Shown here: positions 39,119 through 50,804 of the stretch, one piece after another
Position numbering within the stretch: position 1 is the stretch's first letter
Layout of the letters: every line of letters begins with the position of its first letter
Source of the DNA: Squalus acanthias
Taxonomy: Eukaryota
DNA length: 64,000 nt
Direction: 5' to 3'
Assembly: GCA_030390025.1 (NCBI GenBank)
Contig: CM059432.1
Location: forward strand, 136,340,001 to 136,404,000
Notes under the pieces: generated by a model
The model's database searches: none
The model's input: only the letters and a program-made list of their open reading frames with translations
What the model was told of the DNA's origin: nothing
Translations under genes and position numbers: made by a program

Positions 39119-40295
39119 GAGCCCCACCACCAACAGCACCAGCCACACCAGCAGCAGCAGCAACCACAACAGCAGCCTTCTCCTCAATGACCTGATGCTC
39201 CACAGGAGAGAGGGGGGCCACAGGGCTGCAGCGCGCCAGAGGCGATAAACCCAACACAGGGTATACAGGCAGAGGATGAGCTTCCTCAACATGACTGAGC
39301 AGCAGTGCTTCAGGAGGCTCAGGCTATCGCGCCAGGTCATCGCAGAGGTCTGTAGATTGCAGAAACAAGACCTGCTGCCCAGAGGTCCTGATGGACACTC
39401 CTTACCAGTGGCTGTCAACGTCTCCACCACCCTCAACTTCTTCACCTCAGGCTCCTTCCAGGGATCTGCAGGAGATATTTGCGGGATCTCGCAGTCGGCC
39501 GCCCACAGATGCATCACCCAGGTAACTGATGCCATGTTTCACAAGTCAGCCAATTGTATCAACTTTGCCACTGATGAAGCCAGTGATACTGTGCGGGCCC
39601 GCGGCTTTGTGGCTCTGGCTGACTTCCCACAGGTGCAGGGCGTCATTGACAGCACACTGTGGCCATGAAGGCACCCCATCACCATTCAGGATTGTTTTTG
39701 AACCACAAGGATTTCCACTCCCTCGGCACTCATAAAAAGATCATCATGCATGTGTGCGCCAGATTCCCTGGCAGCTGTCATGACTCTTTCATGCTGCGCC
39801 AGTCCATCCTCCCTCAGTTCTTCGCACTGCCAAACACACTTACCGGCTGGCTGCTTGGAGACAAGAGCTATCCACTGCAGACGTGGCTCATGACACCCCT
39901 GAGGAGGCCAAGTACTGAGGCCTCCGAATGAGTGTTATAATGAGAGCTACATCTCCACCAGATGTATCATAGAGCAAGCAATTGGCATGCTGAAGTTGCA
40001 CTTCAGATGCCTTGACAGATCTGGAGGAGTCCTTCAGTATGCACCAGCCAGGGTCTCCCGAATCACCGTCGTCTGCTGCGCACTGCACAACAAAGCACAG
40101 CAGCGAGGATTGGAGCTGCAGAAGGAGCAAGGTGCAGAGCACACAGCCTCTTCAGAGGAGGAGGAGGAGGAGGACGAGCAGGTGGAAGATGAGGAGGAGG
40201 AGGAGGAGGAACCTGAGGTGGAGATGGCACCAGCAGCGGCGCACATTGCTGCCCGAGAGGCCCGGGATGGCCTCACCATGGCCAGATTTACTTAA
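39119..40295 (+). pseudogene. Harbinger DDE transposase (HARBI1-like), frameshifted
   Basis: [78 protein letters not shown], acidic tail. Confidence 0.93.
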
Positions 40296-40424
40296 CATGC
40301 TCCAATGCAGCCACATGCCTGCCACATGCTGTGCTAACTTCCCTCCCAACAACACCATAAAGCATCCCTACAACGACCAATCCATTGCTTGCACCTAAAG
40401 CCCCAGTGCTCAAGATTAAATACT

Positions 40425-41189
40425 GGGCCAGAAATTCGGCTGTTGTCGGGTGAGTACGCAATGTGTACTCACCCGTAAGGCCATCTGAAGTGCCGGTTTC
40501 CTGCATGCACTGCGCATGCGCGAGAAACTGGAACTTCCGTTCCCCTGAAGGGAGGGGTTCAGAAGTCGAACGCGTGCGCGGGAGAGGCTGCGCGCACGCA
40601 GCGAACTTCAGGTTTTTTTTTTCAGGTTTCTCCGGGAAGGTAAGTATGAAGAAGCTGCGCTTTTAAAAAGGAGGCGCAAGGCCTGTTTTTAACAAGGTAA
40701 GTGGTTAATTAATTACAATTTAAACATTTTTTCAACAGGTTTATCTTTTTTAGATACTTTAAAGAAAGGTAAGTTTATTTTTAGCACCGTTAAAAAGTAT
40801 AATTAATTATTTCAAAAATTTAAATTTTTGTTTAAAGTAGTTAATTTATGTAACTTATAGTTATTTTAAAAATGTGATTAAAAAATTTTTTAATTTGAAG
40901 TTTAAGTGTGGTTTTGGGGCCGATCTCTATTCATAGATTTGACAGGTCTTCCTGTCAAATCTATGAATGAAAATGCCCTGCTAGGATTGGCTCTCCATGG
41001 CCCACGTGATCCCAGGGGACGCTTCGAACTAACTGCGCCCCTGGGATACACAAGCACTGCGCGCCGGCAGCTGCAGGAGGCCCAGGACCCAAAGTCCTCG
41101 TGGGCCCAAAGCACAACTGCAGGCGCGGTAGGCAAGTACGCGCGTGATGCTTGCACCCGCAGGAAGCCGGAAAGCCGAATTTCTGGCCC
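40425..41189. mobile_element. Harbinger-type MITE (765 bp) inserted between the two genes of element 1
   Basis: Perfect 16-bp TIR GGGCCAGAAATTCGGC. Second copy at 48793-49556. Confidence 0.9.
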
Positions 41190-41362
41190 AGTACTGTCTC
41201 TCCATTCACTCCAAAGCCACTTCCAAGGTTTGAGGCAAAAATGGACAAGACCCGAAAGTGGTGCAAAGAAATTAATTTTTGTGTGTTATCAAAATAACTG
41301 AAACTTAGCACTAACATTTTTTGATACACCCATGTGCAAATCCTTGTGCATCTACTTTTGTG

Positions 41363-43243
41363 TCATTTTTCTTTTCCGACTGCTTCTACGAGGTGCAACC
41401 CCTGTGGTTTCAGCAGAGGTAGTTGCAGGCTGCTCACTTCCCTGCTGCGACTTGTCAGACACTTTTGGCAGACATCCTCTGGGTTTTGGGGTCTGTGATG
41501 GCCCAGCCAAAGTCTGCTCCGAATTCTGCGACTGTGCAGGGGCAGACTTGGCCATCGCGATCCAAGGAAGCATCTGGGCTTTGACTGAGAGGGAGGCAAC
41601 AGGGGAGAAGTGGAAGCACTTTGAGCAGAGCCCCCACTTCCATGTCCCCTCTCACCATCTGATGGTGAGAGGGGACATGGAAGTGGGGGCTCCCTGCTAG
41701 CAAGGAGCTGACAAGCACCTTGCTGCACAGCAGTGGGGCAATGAAGGCCCAGGTCTACGTTTACATCTAAGAGGAGGTCTATAAGTGCCTTCCATCTGTT
41801 GTCCACAGCTAGCATGTGCTCATGTGAGTGGCGCATTTGCTGCTCCATGCAGGTGGTCATCCTTTCCATGGAAGAGCACACCGTCGCCATCGCCTGCAAG
41901 ATGGAGGTGCTCACGTTGGAGATGGACTCCTCCATTCTCTGCACATTTGCAGACATTGTGGCTGCAAAAGACGCCAAAGCCTCATGCAATTGTTGCTGCC
42001 CCTCCAAGATCACCCTCTTTCTCGATGTACCCCGAGGCTCAGCGTCTGCATGCAGATCAGCAGAGCTTGGAGCGTCCTGCGCCCTCTGGGGAGGAATCTC
42101 TCCAAGGGAAGATTCTGCTCTTGCTCACTTGTGAATTGTAAGACACCAGATGACGGCTCTACTCTATGGCACAAAGGACCCACCCAGGTGTGCGTATCTG
42201 CGCTGGTGCTGGGTGCGCTCTGGTCTGCTGATGGTGCACCCTCAGAGGCTGGAGGTTCCTCTGAAGAGTCGTCTTCCTCCTCCGGCTGGACATTGGGGGG
42301 GTGGGGGTGGGGGGGGGGGGGTGCAGGGGAAGGACAGTTGATGGACCTGTGGGAGAGTAAAGAGATTAATTAGAAGTGTTATAATAAGAATGGTAACGTT
42401 ACTATTATGCACATGATGACATTTCACTGGCTGCTGACATCAGTCACCATAGGAGTGACTGTTGTATGCCATGTGGCTGTATGAGATGTGATTCTGTCAC
42501 CAGGTTGCTGGGATGTCCCCCTCTCTCCATCTCCCACCGCCGGCGTCCCTCGAGCTCCCGAGATCTCCAGAGCCCCCTCCTCTGCTGATATTAGGTGTGC
42601 GAAGATTGGAGGGCCACCTTCAGTTCTCTCCCTCTCTCTGTTGTTCTGGGCTCTTTTCTCCTGCAAGAATGGAAAGGAGAGAAGGTTAAGTGAGAGTGAT
42701 GGAATGAGTGCAAGGAATGTATGGGTTACATTTGCAGAGGGTGACTATGAGGGAGTGGGGTGCCAATGCCAAATGGCCTCCTTCTGTGGTGTTACTTGCT
42801 TTGATTGCATAGGATGAGAGTGAGTGTGAGGGGTGATTAGTCAGATGGGGATGTGAGTATGTACATAGAGAGAGATGGATGGATGGACCTGGAAGTTAGG
42901 TTGCTGTGAGGGATGATGTGCAGGAGTAACCTTGGGAAGGCAGAGTGATGGGGATGTGTTGACAGCACATCAGGATGAGGGTGAGTGTGGCTTTGCAATC
43001 ACCTTTCCTGACCTCATGAGATCATTGAATCGTTTCCTGCACTAGATCCTGGGCCTCCTCACTACATCCCTGCTGCTGACCTCCTCAGTTATATCCAAAC
43101 CAGGCTATTTTGGTCTCTTGCGGAGGTCTCCTTTGACTATCAGCTGGGACGAGGACCTCCCTGCATGCTCTGACAGCCTCCACCTGAGTATGCAGGGATG
43201 AATCTGAGAAGCACGGTGCAGCCCTCTGCATTTGGCTATCCAT
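41363..43243 (-). pseudogene. Harbinger Myb/SANT-like DNA-binding protein, 3 exons (43003-43243, 42501-42660, about 41363-42346)
   Basis: Exon 1 MDSQMQRAAPCFSDSSL..TKIAW..EEVSSRDVVRR..CRKRFNDLMRSGK|GT. Exon 2 AG|EKRAQNNRERERTEGGPP..|GT. Exon 3 after CCCACAG with a coiled-coil-like segment. Stop and frameshift in exon 1. Confidence 0.85.
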
Positions 43244-43520
43244 CCTTCCAAATTTCTAACAGTACTGCAGCCTTTCTTTGTGAGGTTCCACCCTCCTCTG
43301 GCAACCACCAAATGAGTTGAGTGCAAGGCTGCTTTAAATATCGGCGCTGGAAACGAGTCATCGATGACGTCATCAGATCCGCACCATTTAATAAGGCCTG
43401 GAAACACGCATGAGTCTTTCAATTGGGGCCATTAAGTTAAAGGCGCTGCTCAGAACATTGCGTTCCTGACCCGCTACGTGGCCGGCATGCACCCGAAACG
43501 ACGCAAAGGTAAAAATTCCC

Positions 43521-44500
43521 GCAAACGTCACTGCATCTGGCACTCGCAGACACCAGCTCAGAAACTGGCGCTGCGCATAATTTAGAGGGCAGTATAGATG
43601 CGGGATCTGCACAGGGTGAGGGACCAGGTACGAGTGGGCTGCAGCAGGCCAGGGGGAAAGGGTAGCTCGGGGGTCAGCTCCCTGGAGAGCGAGTTCGTGC
43701 ACGAGTTCTGCAGCACACGGCTCAGATGAGGACCTCGATGGGGTGGCCTTCAGAAGGATGATGGGCATGCACACCGAATTGCTAGGTGCAAAGGCAAGCC
43801 TGCCAGAGAGCTTCTTGGCAGTGTCAAGGAGCACGGAGGAGTCCTGCCTCCAACATTGGCCGGGGCTTTGCACAGAGCTTGGAGCCCATGATTTCCAGGC
43901 TGGAAATCACGGAAAACTCCAGCAAGGGACAGCGTCGACCCAGACATGATGCTGCGTGTGATGGGTGATGTCGCGGCTGCCATTGCAGCACAGGCGGATG
44001 CGACCCAACGTCTCAGTGCTGCAGCGGAAGCGCAGACCACTGTCCTGCAGTCTCAGCTTGCTGCCGCCCAAGCTCAGACTGCTGCCATCATGGCCGGGTT
44101 TACCACTGTCAACCGGGGCTTGCAGGGTGTCACAGCAGCCCAGCAATCTGTGCTCCAACAGATTGCTAGGAATGCTGAGGTGCTGCCCCGGGGAGTGGCA
44201 GTGGGTCAGCGGAGCAGGACCCTGCTGTCCTCTCTCAGAATGACAGTATTCCTGTTCCCACCACTGCCACTCCGCCATTGCCCTTGCTGCTCCCTGTCAG
44301 CCAGCCAGTCCAGACTGCTGCCGCCCATGCCAAGGTGGTGCAGTCTACAGCCGAGCTGCTTGAGGTCATCCTGCAAGGCCATCTGAAGTCTCCCCCATGG
44401 AAACTCAACAGCCTTCCACCCGCCATGCTGCAGCCACTGGGGGAGCACAGCGTAGGAGCACTAGGACAGGAAAGGGCACCCGAATGACAGGCACTAAGGG
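43521..44500 (+). pseudogene. 3' part of the second Harbinger partner (Myb/SANT-type) gene
   Basis: RRMMGMHTELLG..SLPES..SRSTEES parallels exon 3 of element 1 (QQQLHEALASF..QRMEES). Ala/Gln coiled-coil. Converges on the transposase. Confidence 0.65.
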
Positions 44501-44705
44501 ATTGCACAAGGGTGATTAGTTGATATAGTATTTGTGAATTCATTATTGATAAATTTATTAATTTTGTTTGGAACATTTGTTATGTGTTGGCTCTCATTTC
44601 AGCTTTGTACCCAGGAGGACGCTGTGATGTTCCTTGACAGAGAGATGGCATGATGGAGATGTGGTTGATGAGGATGTGGTGAGCAATGGGGATCTGGGGT
44701 TTCAT

Positions 44706-45898
44706 TCACTGGAATAGTAGTCTGATGAGGTGTTCACGGACAGACCGCGCCAAAGGGGGATTTGCTGGCTGCCTCTTCCCTTCTTCCTCGTCCTCCTGCT
44801 CTTCCTCCTCGTCCTCCTGCTCTTCCTCTTCCTCTTCCTCCTCCTCCTCCCTAGTCCTCTTCATGAGGTGGTCCCGCAATCCCTGCTGGCAAGGGCTGTG
44901 CGCTCATGATGGCCAAGTTGTGGAGCATGCAGCAGACAACCACGAAATGGGACATCCGCCCCGTCGAGTACTGGAGGGCTCCTCCCGAGCAGTCAAGGCA
45001 GCGGAACCGTTGCTTGAGCAGCCTGATGGTCTGCTCGCTGATGTTTCTGGTGGCAGCATGGCTCTCATTATATGAGTGCTGGGCACGAGTGTTGGGTTTG
45101 CGGAAGGGAGTCATCAGCCAGGTGCAGAGCGGATAGCCCTTGTCTCTGAGCAGCCACCCTCGTGTTTGACGTGGTGGCTAGAAGATTGCTGGCACACTGA
45201 TTCAGGATGAAGGCATGATGGCTGCTGCCAGGATAGCAGGCATTGACCATCAGGATGCGCTGGGCGTGGTCGCACAACAACAGCACATTAAGTGAGTGGT
45301 AGTCTTTGCAGTTACGGAAGATCTCAGGATTGTTACACGCCGCCCGCAAAGCCACGAGGGTGCAGTCGATGGCGCCCTGCACCATGGGGAAGCCCGCTAT
45401 CCTGGTAAAGCCACATGCGCGCTCGTCCTGCTCCTCCCTGCTCAGAGAAAAGACAGCGTAGTCCCTTCTCCTGGTGTGGAGAGCCTCAGTGACCTCCTGG
45501 ATGCAGTGATGGACGGCGAACTGGGAGATGTTAGCTACGTCTCCTGCTGCAGACTGGAAGAATCAGCTGGCGAAGAAATTGAGGGCCGCGGTGACCTTGA
45601 CTGCCATTGGGAGAGCTGTGGTCACCCTGCTCTCGGGCTGCAGGTCTGGTGGCAGGAGGTGGCAGAGTTCTGTGACCAACTCCTTGGTGAAGCGGAGCCT
45701 CCTAATACACTGCTCCTCGCTTAAGTGGATATGAGAGAAGTACTCTCGGAAGACCCTAGGTGGGAAAGGCCTCCTGTTGAGAGCCCTCCTGGCCCTCCTC
45801 TTCCTCCCTCTGTGCGCATCTTCTCATCTTCTTCACTGCCTCCGCTCCCTCTCCCTAAGATACTCGAGCGCGAGACGGTCTGCCAGTAGAGCCCCCAT
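44706..45898 (-). pseudogene. Harbinger DDE transposase (HARBI1-like), decayed
   Basis: [68 protein letters not shown], acidic tail. Internal stops. Confidence 0.93.
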
Positions 45899-46819
45899 AA
45901 CTGTGAGCAAGTGTTGTGAGCAGAAGCCTTTAAATAAGAATGAAGGCATTCTCCACTTGCAACAACACTCCCTGTTACCTTAGAACCTTGAAAGAAGTTT
46001 ATAAAGCTGCTGGAGTTGCAGAAAGTTCCACAGAGCCAGTCAAACTGAAGAAGCATGTCAGCTATAAGTTGATCCCTTTAAATACGCTGCTAGCGCCTCC
46101 TTCCTGCTCGTCACAGCTTGCTCAGCTGGTCGCAATTAAGGCAGGCCGGTAAGTGGAGCGGCGCACTCCAAAATAGCAGATCGGGTGTCAAGTGAGCGTT
46201 GCACACGCACTGACGTCACGATCTGCGCAATCTCCATAATTCTAGTGAGCGCAGACATCGGCAGCGCTGCTGACCAGCCGAAGCTGGCAGGCCTCTGCAG
46301 GACCCGTCAGCAGCCAGACATTTTCTTTCCCAAATCGGGCCATAGCGGCCGGCGCTAAACCCCCAAACTTCTAGGCCTATGATTCTATACTCAATTTTCA
46401 TTTTTGATGTAGTCTTGAGGCCACTGATGCAGTTGCAACAGTCTTTTAAGGGAAGGAGTACCAACAGCAATCACTGAAAACATGTCACTCAGGGACCAGA
46501 TTCGACACTGTTGAGCAGCAGGAAGATTCATTTATTGTGACTGCTCCACTGTCCTGTATGGGGAGTATGCCAAGATACAAGCCAGACGATCTCCAAATAC
46601 ACAATGTAGTCATACAAGCCAGACAAGACAGATGCTGGCCTTTCAACATCGCTACCACCATGCCAGAACTTCTGGAAAGGGTGATAAATCAAGACACTAA
46701 CAGTGTCCAGAACAGTATGTAGGTTAGTAACACAAATACACACATTAATGAGACTGGATTTTGCATAATCTTATTCAATCGTGATGGGCACAATCGCTGA
46801 AGGAATTTGGCCCTCTAGT

Positions 46820-47180
46820 CAATCTATGGAACAGGCTCCCCAGGGAGGTGGTGGAAGCAGTCAGTATTGATTCATTCAAATGCAAATTAGCTAGATTTCT
46901 TTCAGAAAATAGCATTTTGGGATACAGTATATGAATAATATACATGACATGCAATGAGTGTCGCATTGCTTGGGAGAAAAAAGGTGACTTTGGACCTATG
47001 GGTCCCAAAGCTCTCCACCACTGGTGGTTTTCCTCGCCTCATGTCTGGGTCTGTTGTAGACGAACTGATCGAGACCGATTGCTGTGATTAGTCAACAACT
47101 CCATTATTGCTGTATCAGGGTGGTAGAAGGCCAACTAGAGGGAGCTTGGTCCTTCTTCAACTTGCAAATCCTATGTTTCT
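46820..47180 (+). mobile_element. CR1-type 3' fragment (variant 3'UTR)
   Basis: VNLWNRLPREVVEA..FKCKLARFL, then a 3'UTR shared with 20575-20790. Confidence 0.75.
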
Positions 47181-47582
47181 AATGTGCTCACTACATTGGC
47201 GCAAAAACTATAACCCTTCTCCTTGTGTTTCTGAGATGGTGCCATTCAGAGCTCCCTCGACTTCTTTGACAATCTTACTGTAGAATTTTTGGGACCAGCT
47301 TCAGATTTTCATGGCCTGCCATCAAGAGTACTGCCCCACACAGCAGCATTTGAATGATGGGTTATCCCAACCTGCTGTCGCCAGAACTAAGACCATTTTT
47401 GAATACAACAAATGCACACATTTTTACATCCCAAATCATGTTAAAATATTAGACATTGATGAAGGAGCATTGCATTATTGGTTGGAAATATTTTTCCAAT
47501 GGTAAATAGAACCACTGTTCATAAATATTAGTTTTCTAAGGTTATGTCTATTTATTTAAAAATACAGCAGGAGATTGTACCT

Positions 47583-48018
47583 AACAACAACTGCATTTAT
47601 ATAGCGCCTTTAATGTAGTAAAACATCCCAAGGTGCTTCACAGTAGCGATTATCAAACAAAATTTGACACCGAGCCACATAAAGAGATATTAGGACAGGT
47701 GACCAAAAGCTTGGTCAAAGAGGTAAATTTTAAGGAGTGTCTTAAAAGAGGAGAGAGAGGTGGCGAGGCGAAGAGGTTTAGGGAAAGAATTCCAGAGCTT
47801 AGGGTCTAGATGGCTGGAGGCACGGCCGCCAATGGTGGGGAGAAGGAAGTGGCGGATGCGCAAGAGGCCAGAATTGGAGGAATGCAGAGATCTCGGAGGG
47901 TTTTAGGGCTGGAGGAGGTTACAGAGATAGGGAGGGGCGAGGCCATGGAGTGATTTGAAAACAAGGCCACGAATTTTAAAATCGAGGTGTTGTCGGACCG
48001 GGAGCCAATGTAGGTCAT
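47583..48018 (-). mobile_element. L2 3' fragment
   Basis: DLHWLPVRQHLDFKI..FKSLHGLAPPYL plus tail. Confidence 0.88.
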
Positions 48019-48792
48019 TGATAACCAAGATAACTTCATAGATATGTCTGTGGGTTTTACAGTACCAGTGAATATTTACTTTACCCATAATATTTACCTG
48101 GTTTAAAAGGTTTGTTCTTCTTACTTCCATCTCCACTGACTTCTTTCCTTCTTTTATAACACTTCATGTGTAAATTTGAATTCTGTAGTACTTTGCCTGC
48201 TCATGTTCTAAATTGCAACCTCTACTGGGTCTGAAATTTTAGTAAGCTGCAGCACATATTTGTCCCATCCGTCAAGACATTATTAATATATTCATATACT
48301 GGATGGCTTGACTTCTGCGAATTGCAACCGATAAGTTATTTGCCTGTGTAGATGTTGCTCTTGTATCCTTTTCCATTTAGAATAATACATACTATAGCGT
48401 GATACAAAGAGGTTCATTTCACTTTCCCTTCCCATATATCTTGTAGTGTTTAAGATGCAGAATGTGGAGTGTAACTTGAAGGAGTGGGCAAGTCCAGAGG
48501 CAATCCATTTTAGTTAAAATACTTCCCGATTTATAGAGTTAAACAATCAGATTTATCAGTATTTTGTTCAACATTTTTCTTTACTCTGCACCTATTAGCT
48601 ACAGAACAGCTTTTAGACCAGTTTCCAGTTACTCGCTGCTTTCCTTACTATTAGTAATGGACCCACGCTGGGATGCTCCCCATTGGTGACATCACACAGC
48701 GTGTGGTAGGGAAGGAGACTCATCCTCACTCACTTAGGTACCAGCAGCTAAGAAAATTGACGTCTTAAAAAAAAATGAAATAAAAATCTGTT

Positions 48793-49556
48793 GGGCCAAA
48801 CATTCGGCACTTGCCGGGTGAGTACGCGCTGTGTACTCACCCGTAAGGCCTCCTGAAGTGCCGGTTTCCTGCATGCACTGCGCATGCGCGGGAAACCGGA
48901 ACTTCCGGTCTCGTGAAGGGAGGGGTTGAGAGGTGAACCGCGTGCGCGGGAGAGGCTGCGCGCACGCAGCGAACTTAGGTTTTTTTTCAGGTTTCTCCGG
49001 GAAGGTAAGTATGGAAGAAGCTGCGCTTTTAAAAAGGAGTCGCAAGACCCGTTTTTAACAAGGTAAGTGGTTAATTAATTACAATTTAAAAATTTTTTCC
49101 ACAGGTTTATCTTTTTTAGATACTTTAAAGAAAGGTAAGTTTATTTTTAGCACTGTTAAAAAGTATTTTAATTTTTTCAAAAATTTAAATTTTTGTTTAA
49201 AGTAGTTAATTTATTTAACTTATAGTTATTTTAAAAATGTGATTTTTTAAAAAATTTATTTGAAGTTTAGGTGTTGTTTTGGGGCCGATTTCAATTCATA
49301 GAATTGACAGGTCTTCCTGTCAAATCTATGAATGAAAGATGGTCTGCTGCCATTGGCTCTACATATCCCACTTGATCCCAAGCGTTCGCATTGCACTAAC
49401 TACGCCCCTGGGATACACAAGCACTGCGCGCCGGCAGCTGCAGAAGGCCCAGGAGCTGAAGTCCCCGTGGGCCCAGAGGTCAACGGCAGGCGTGGTAGGT
49501 AGGTGCGCGCGGGATCCTTGCACCCGCGGGAAGCCAGGGAGCCTAATTTCTGGGCC
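48793..49556. mobile_element. Second copy of the 40425-41189 MITE
   Basis: Colinear and highly similar along its whole length. Degenerate TIRs. Confidence 0.9.
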
Positions 49557-49699
49557 ATTCTTTTTTGAATGGGGAAGTGCTTGAGTAAAACATGTTCAAC
49601 AGAGGGTTCTTTGCTCTTGAATTTACTTGGTTTCTTGACCACCTCCCCCACTAATATTTTGCTCAACTAGTGTTTTCAGTTTATTAGTGTTAAACAAGG

Positions 49700-50040
49700 T
49701 GGGGGAATTTTAACCCCAGAAAATGGGTGGATTTGGGTCGGATGGGAAGTTAAAGTGTTAAAAAACTGAATCCCGACCAGAACCCGTCTCCAACTCGCCC
49801 ACTTCCAGTTTTAACGGAGGTGGGACAGGGGACGGGCAGCCAACCCGCTCCCAGGAGGCGGGTCGCTCATTTAAATATTATAATGAGGTTGGCGTGCCTC
49901 AGATTTAACCACCATTTTCAATTTAACTGTGGCTGATTGGGTTTCGCAGGCCTCGGGAAAATTCAGCAGGGTCTGCGGGAAATCCCGACCGCTTCCGAGC
50001 GCACCTGCTCCCAATCCGTCTCCCGATTAAAATTCCGGCC
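49700..50040. mobile_element. GC-rich MITE-like element
   Basis: GGGGGAATTTTAAC start and TTAAAATTCCGGCCC end. Confidence 0.55.
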
Positions 50041-50539
50041 CGTCTGTTAACACCACTAAAAGTAGACTTAGTGCCTGATCTGCCAATTTCTTCATGGTGA
50101 TAAGTAGGCAAAAGAATTAACAACACTCAAAATAGAGACGCCTTTTGTCTCTAAATTAATTATGTCATAATTGCTTATTAAATTTGCAACGGTTGTGATG
50201 TCATCATATGTAGGATAACAGAAACAGGTGAACGTTTGGTTCTAACAAGCAGGTGATCTTTTCTGAAAATTCTATTAGTATCAATAAGTCACTGCGCTTT
50301 ATTACATGTATGTGATTATTAGTAATGCCTGTTATGGAAAATGGCCCCGATTTTGACTCCAGGTGGATTTTTTTTTTATTAGTTCACGGGATGTGGGCAT
50401 CGCTGGCAAGACCAGCATTTATTGCCTATCCCTAATTTCCCTTGAGAAGGTGGTGATGAGCCACCCCTTCTTGAACCGCTGCAGTCCGTGTGGTGAAGGT
50501 ACTCCCACAGTGCTGTTAGGGAGGGAGTTCCAGGATTTT

Positions 50540-50804
50540 AGAAACATAGAAACATAGAATCTAGGAGCAGGAGTAGGCCATTCGGCCCGTCGAGCCTGCT
50601 CCGCCATTCAATACGATCATGGCTGATCATCCAAATCCAGTACCCTGTCCCTGCTTTAATCCCCACAGTACACATATCCCACCCTACCCCCGTAACCCCA
50701 CGTATTTAATTCCCCCTAACATATCCCATCCTATCCCCATAACCCCACATATTAATCCCCCCTAACACTAAGGGTCAATTTATCATAGCCAAATCAACCT
50801 AACC
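50540..50804 (-). mobile_element. Truncated CR1-tailed SINE (HE1-like)
   Basis: (AGAAACAT)n tail and CR1 hairpin joined to a non-LINE body CACTAAGGGTCAATTT..CAACCTAACC. Confidence 0.6.

Larger units (their letters stand above)
39119..43520. mobile_element. PIF/Harbinger element 1 (left end lost): transposase (+) and Myb/SANT gene (-), convergent
   Basis: Two-gene architecture typical of Harbinger. CpG-rich right end finishing AAAATTCCC (probable TIR). Confidence 0.88.
43521..46377. mobile_element. PIF/Harbinger element 2 (left end truncated), opposite orientation
   Basis: Partner-gene 3' part (+), transposase (-), CpG-rich end finishing AAACTTCTAGGCC. Confidence 0.85.

Noticed and set aside
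38654..39535. 293-aa minus-strand ORF
   Set aside because: Antisense shadow of the CR1 and transposase sequence.
39276..40295. Domesticated host HARBI1 gene
   Set aside because: Frameshifts and stops, three diverged copies in the window, and transposon context.
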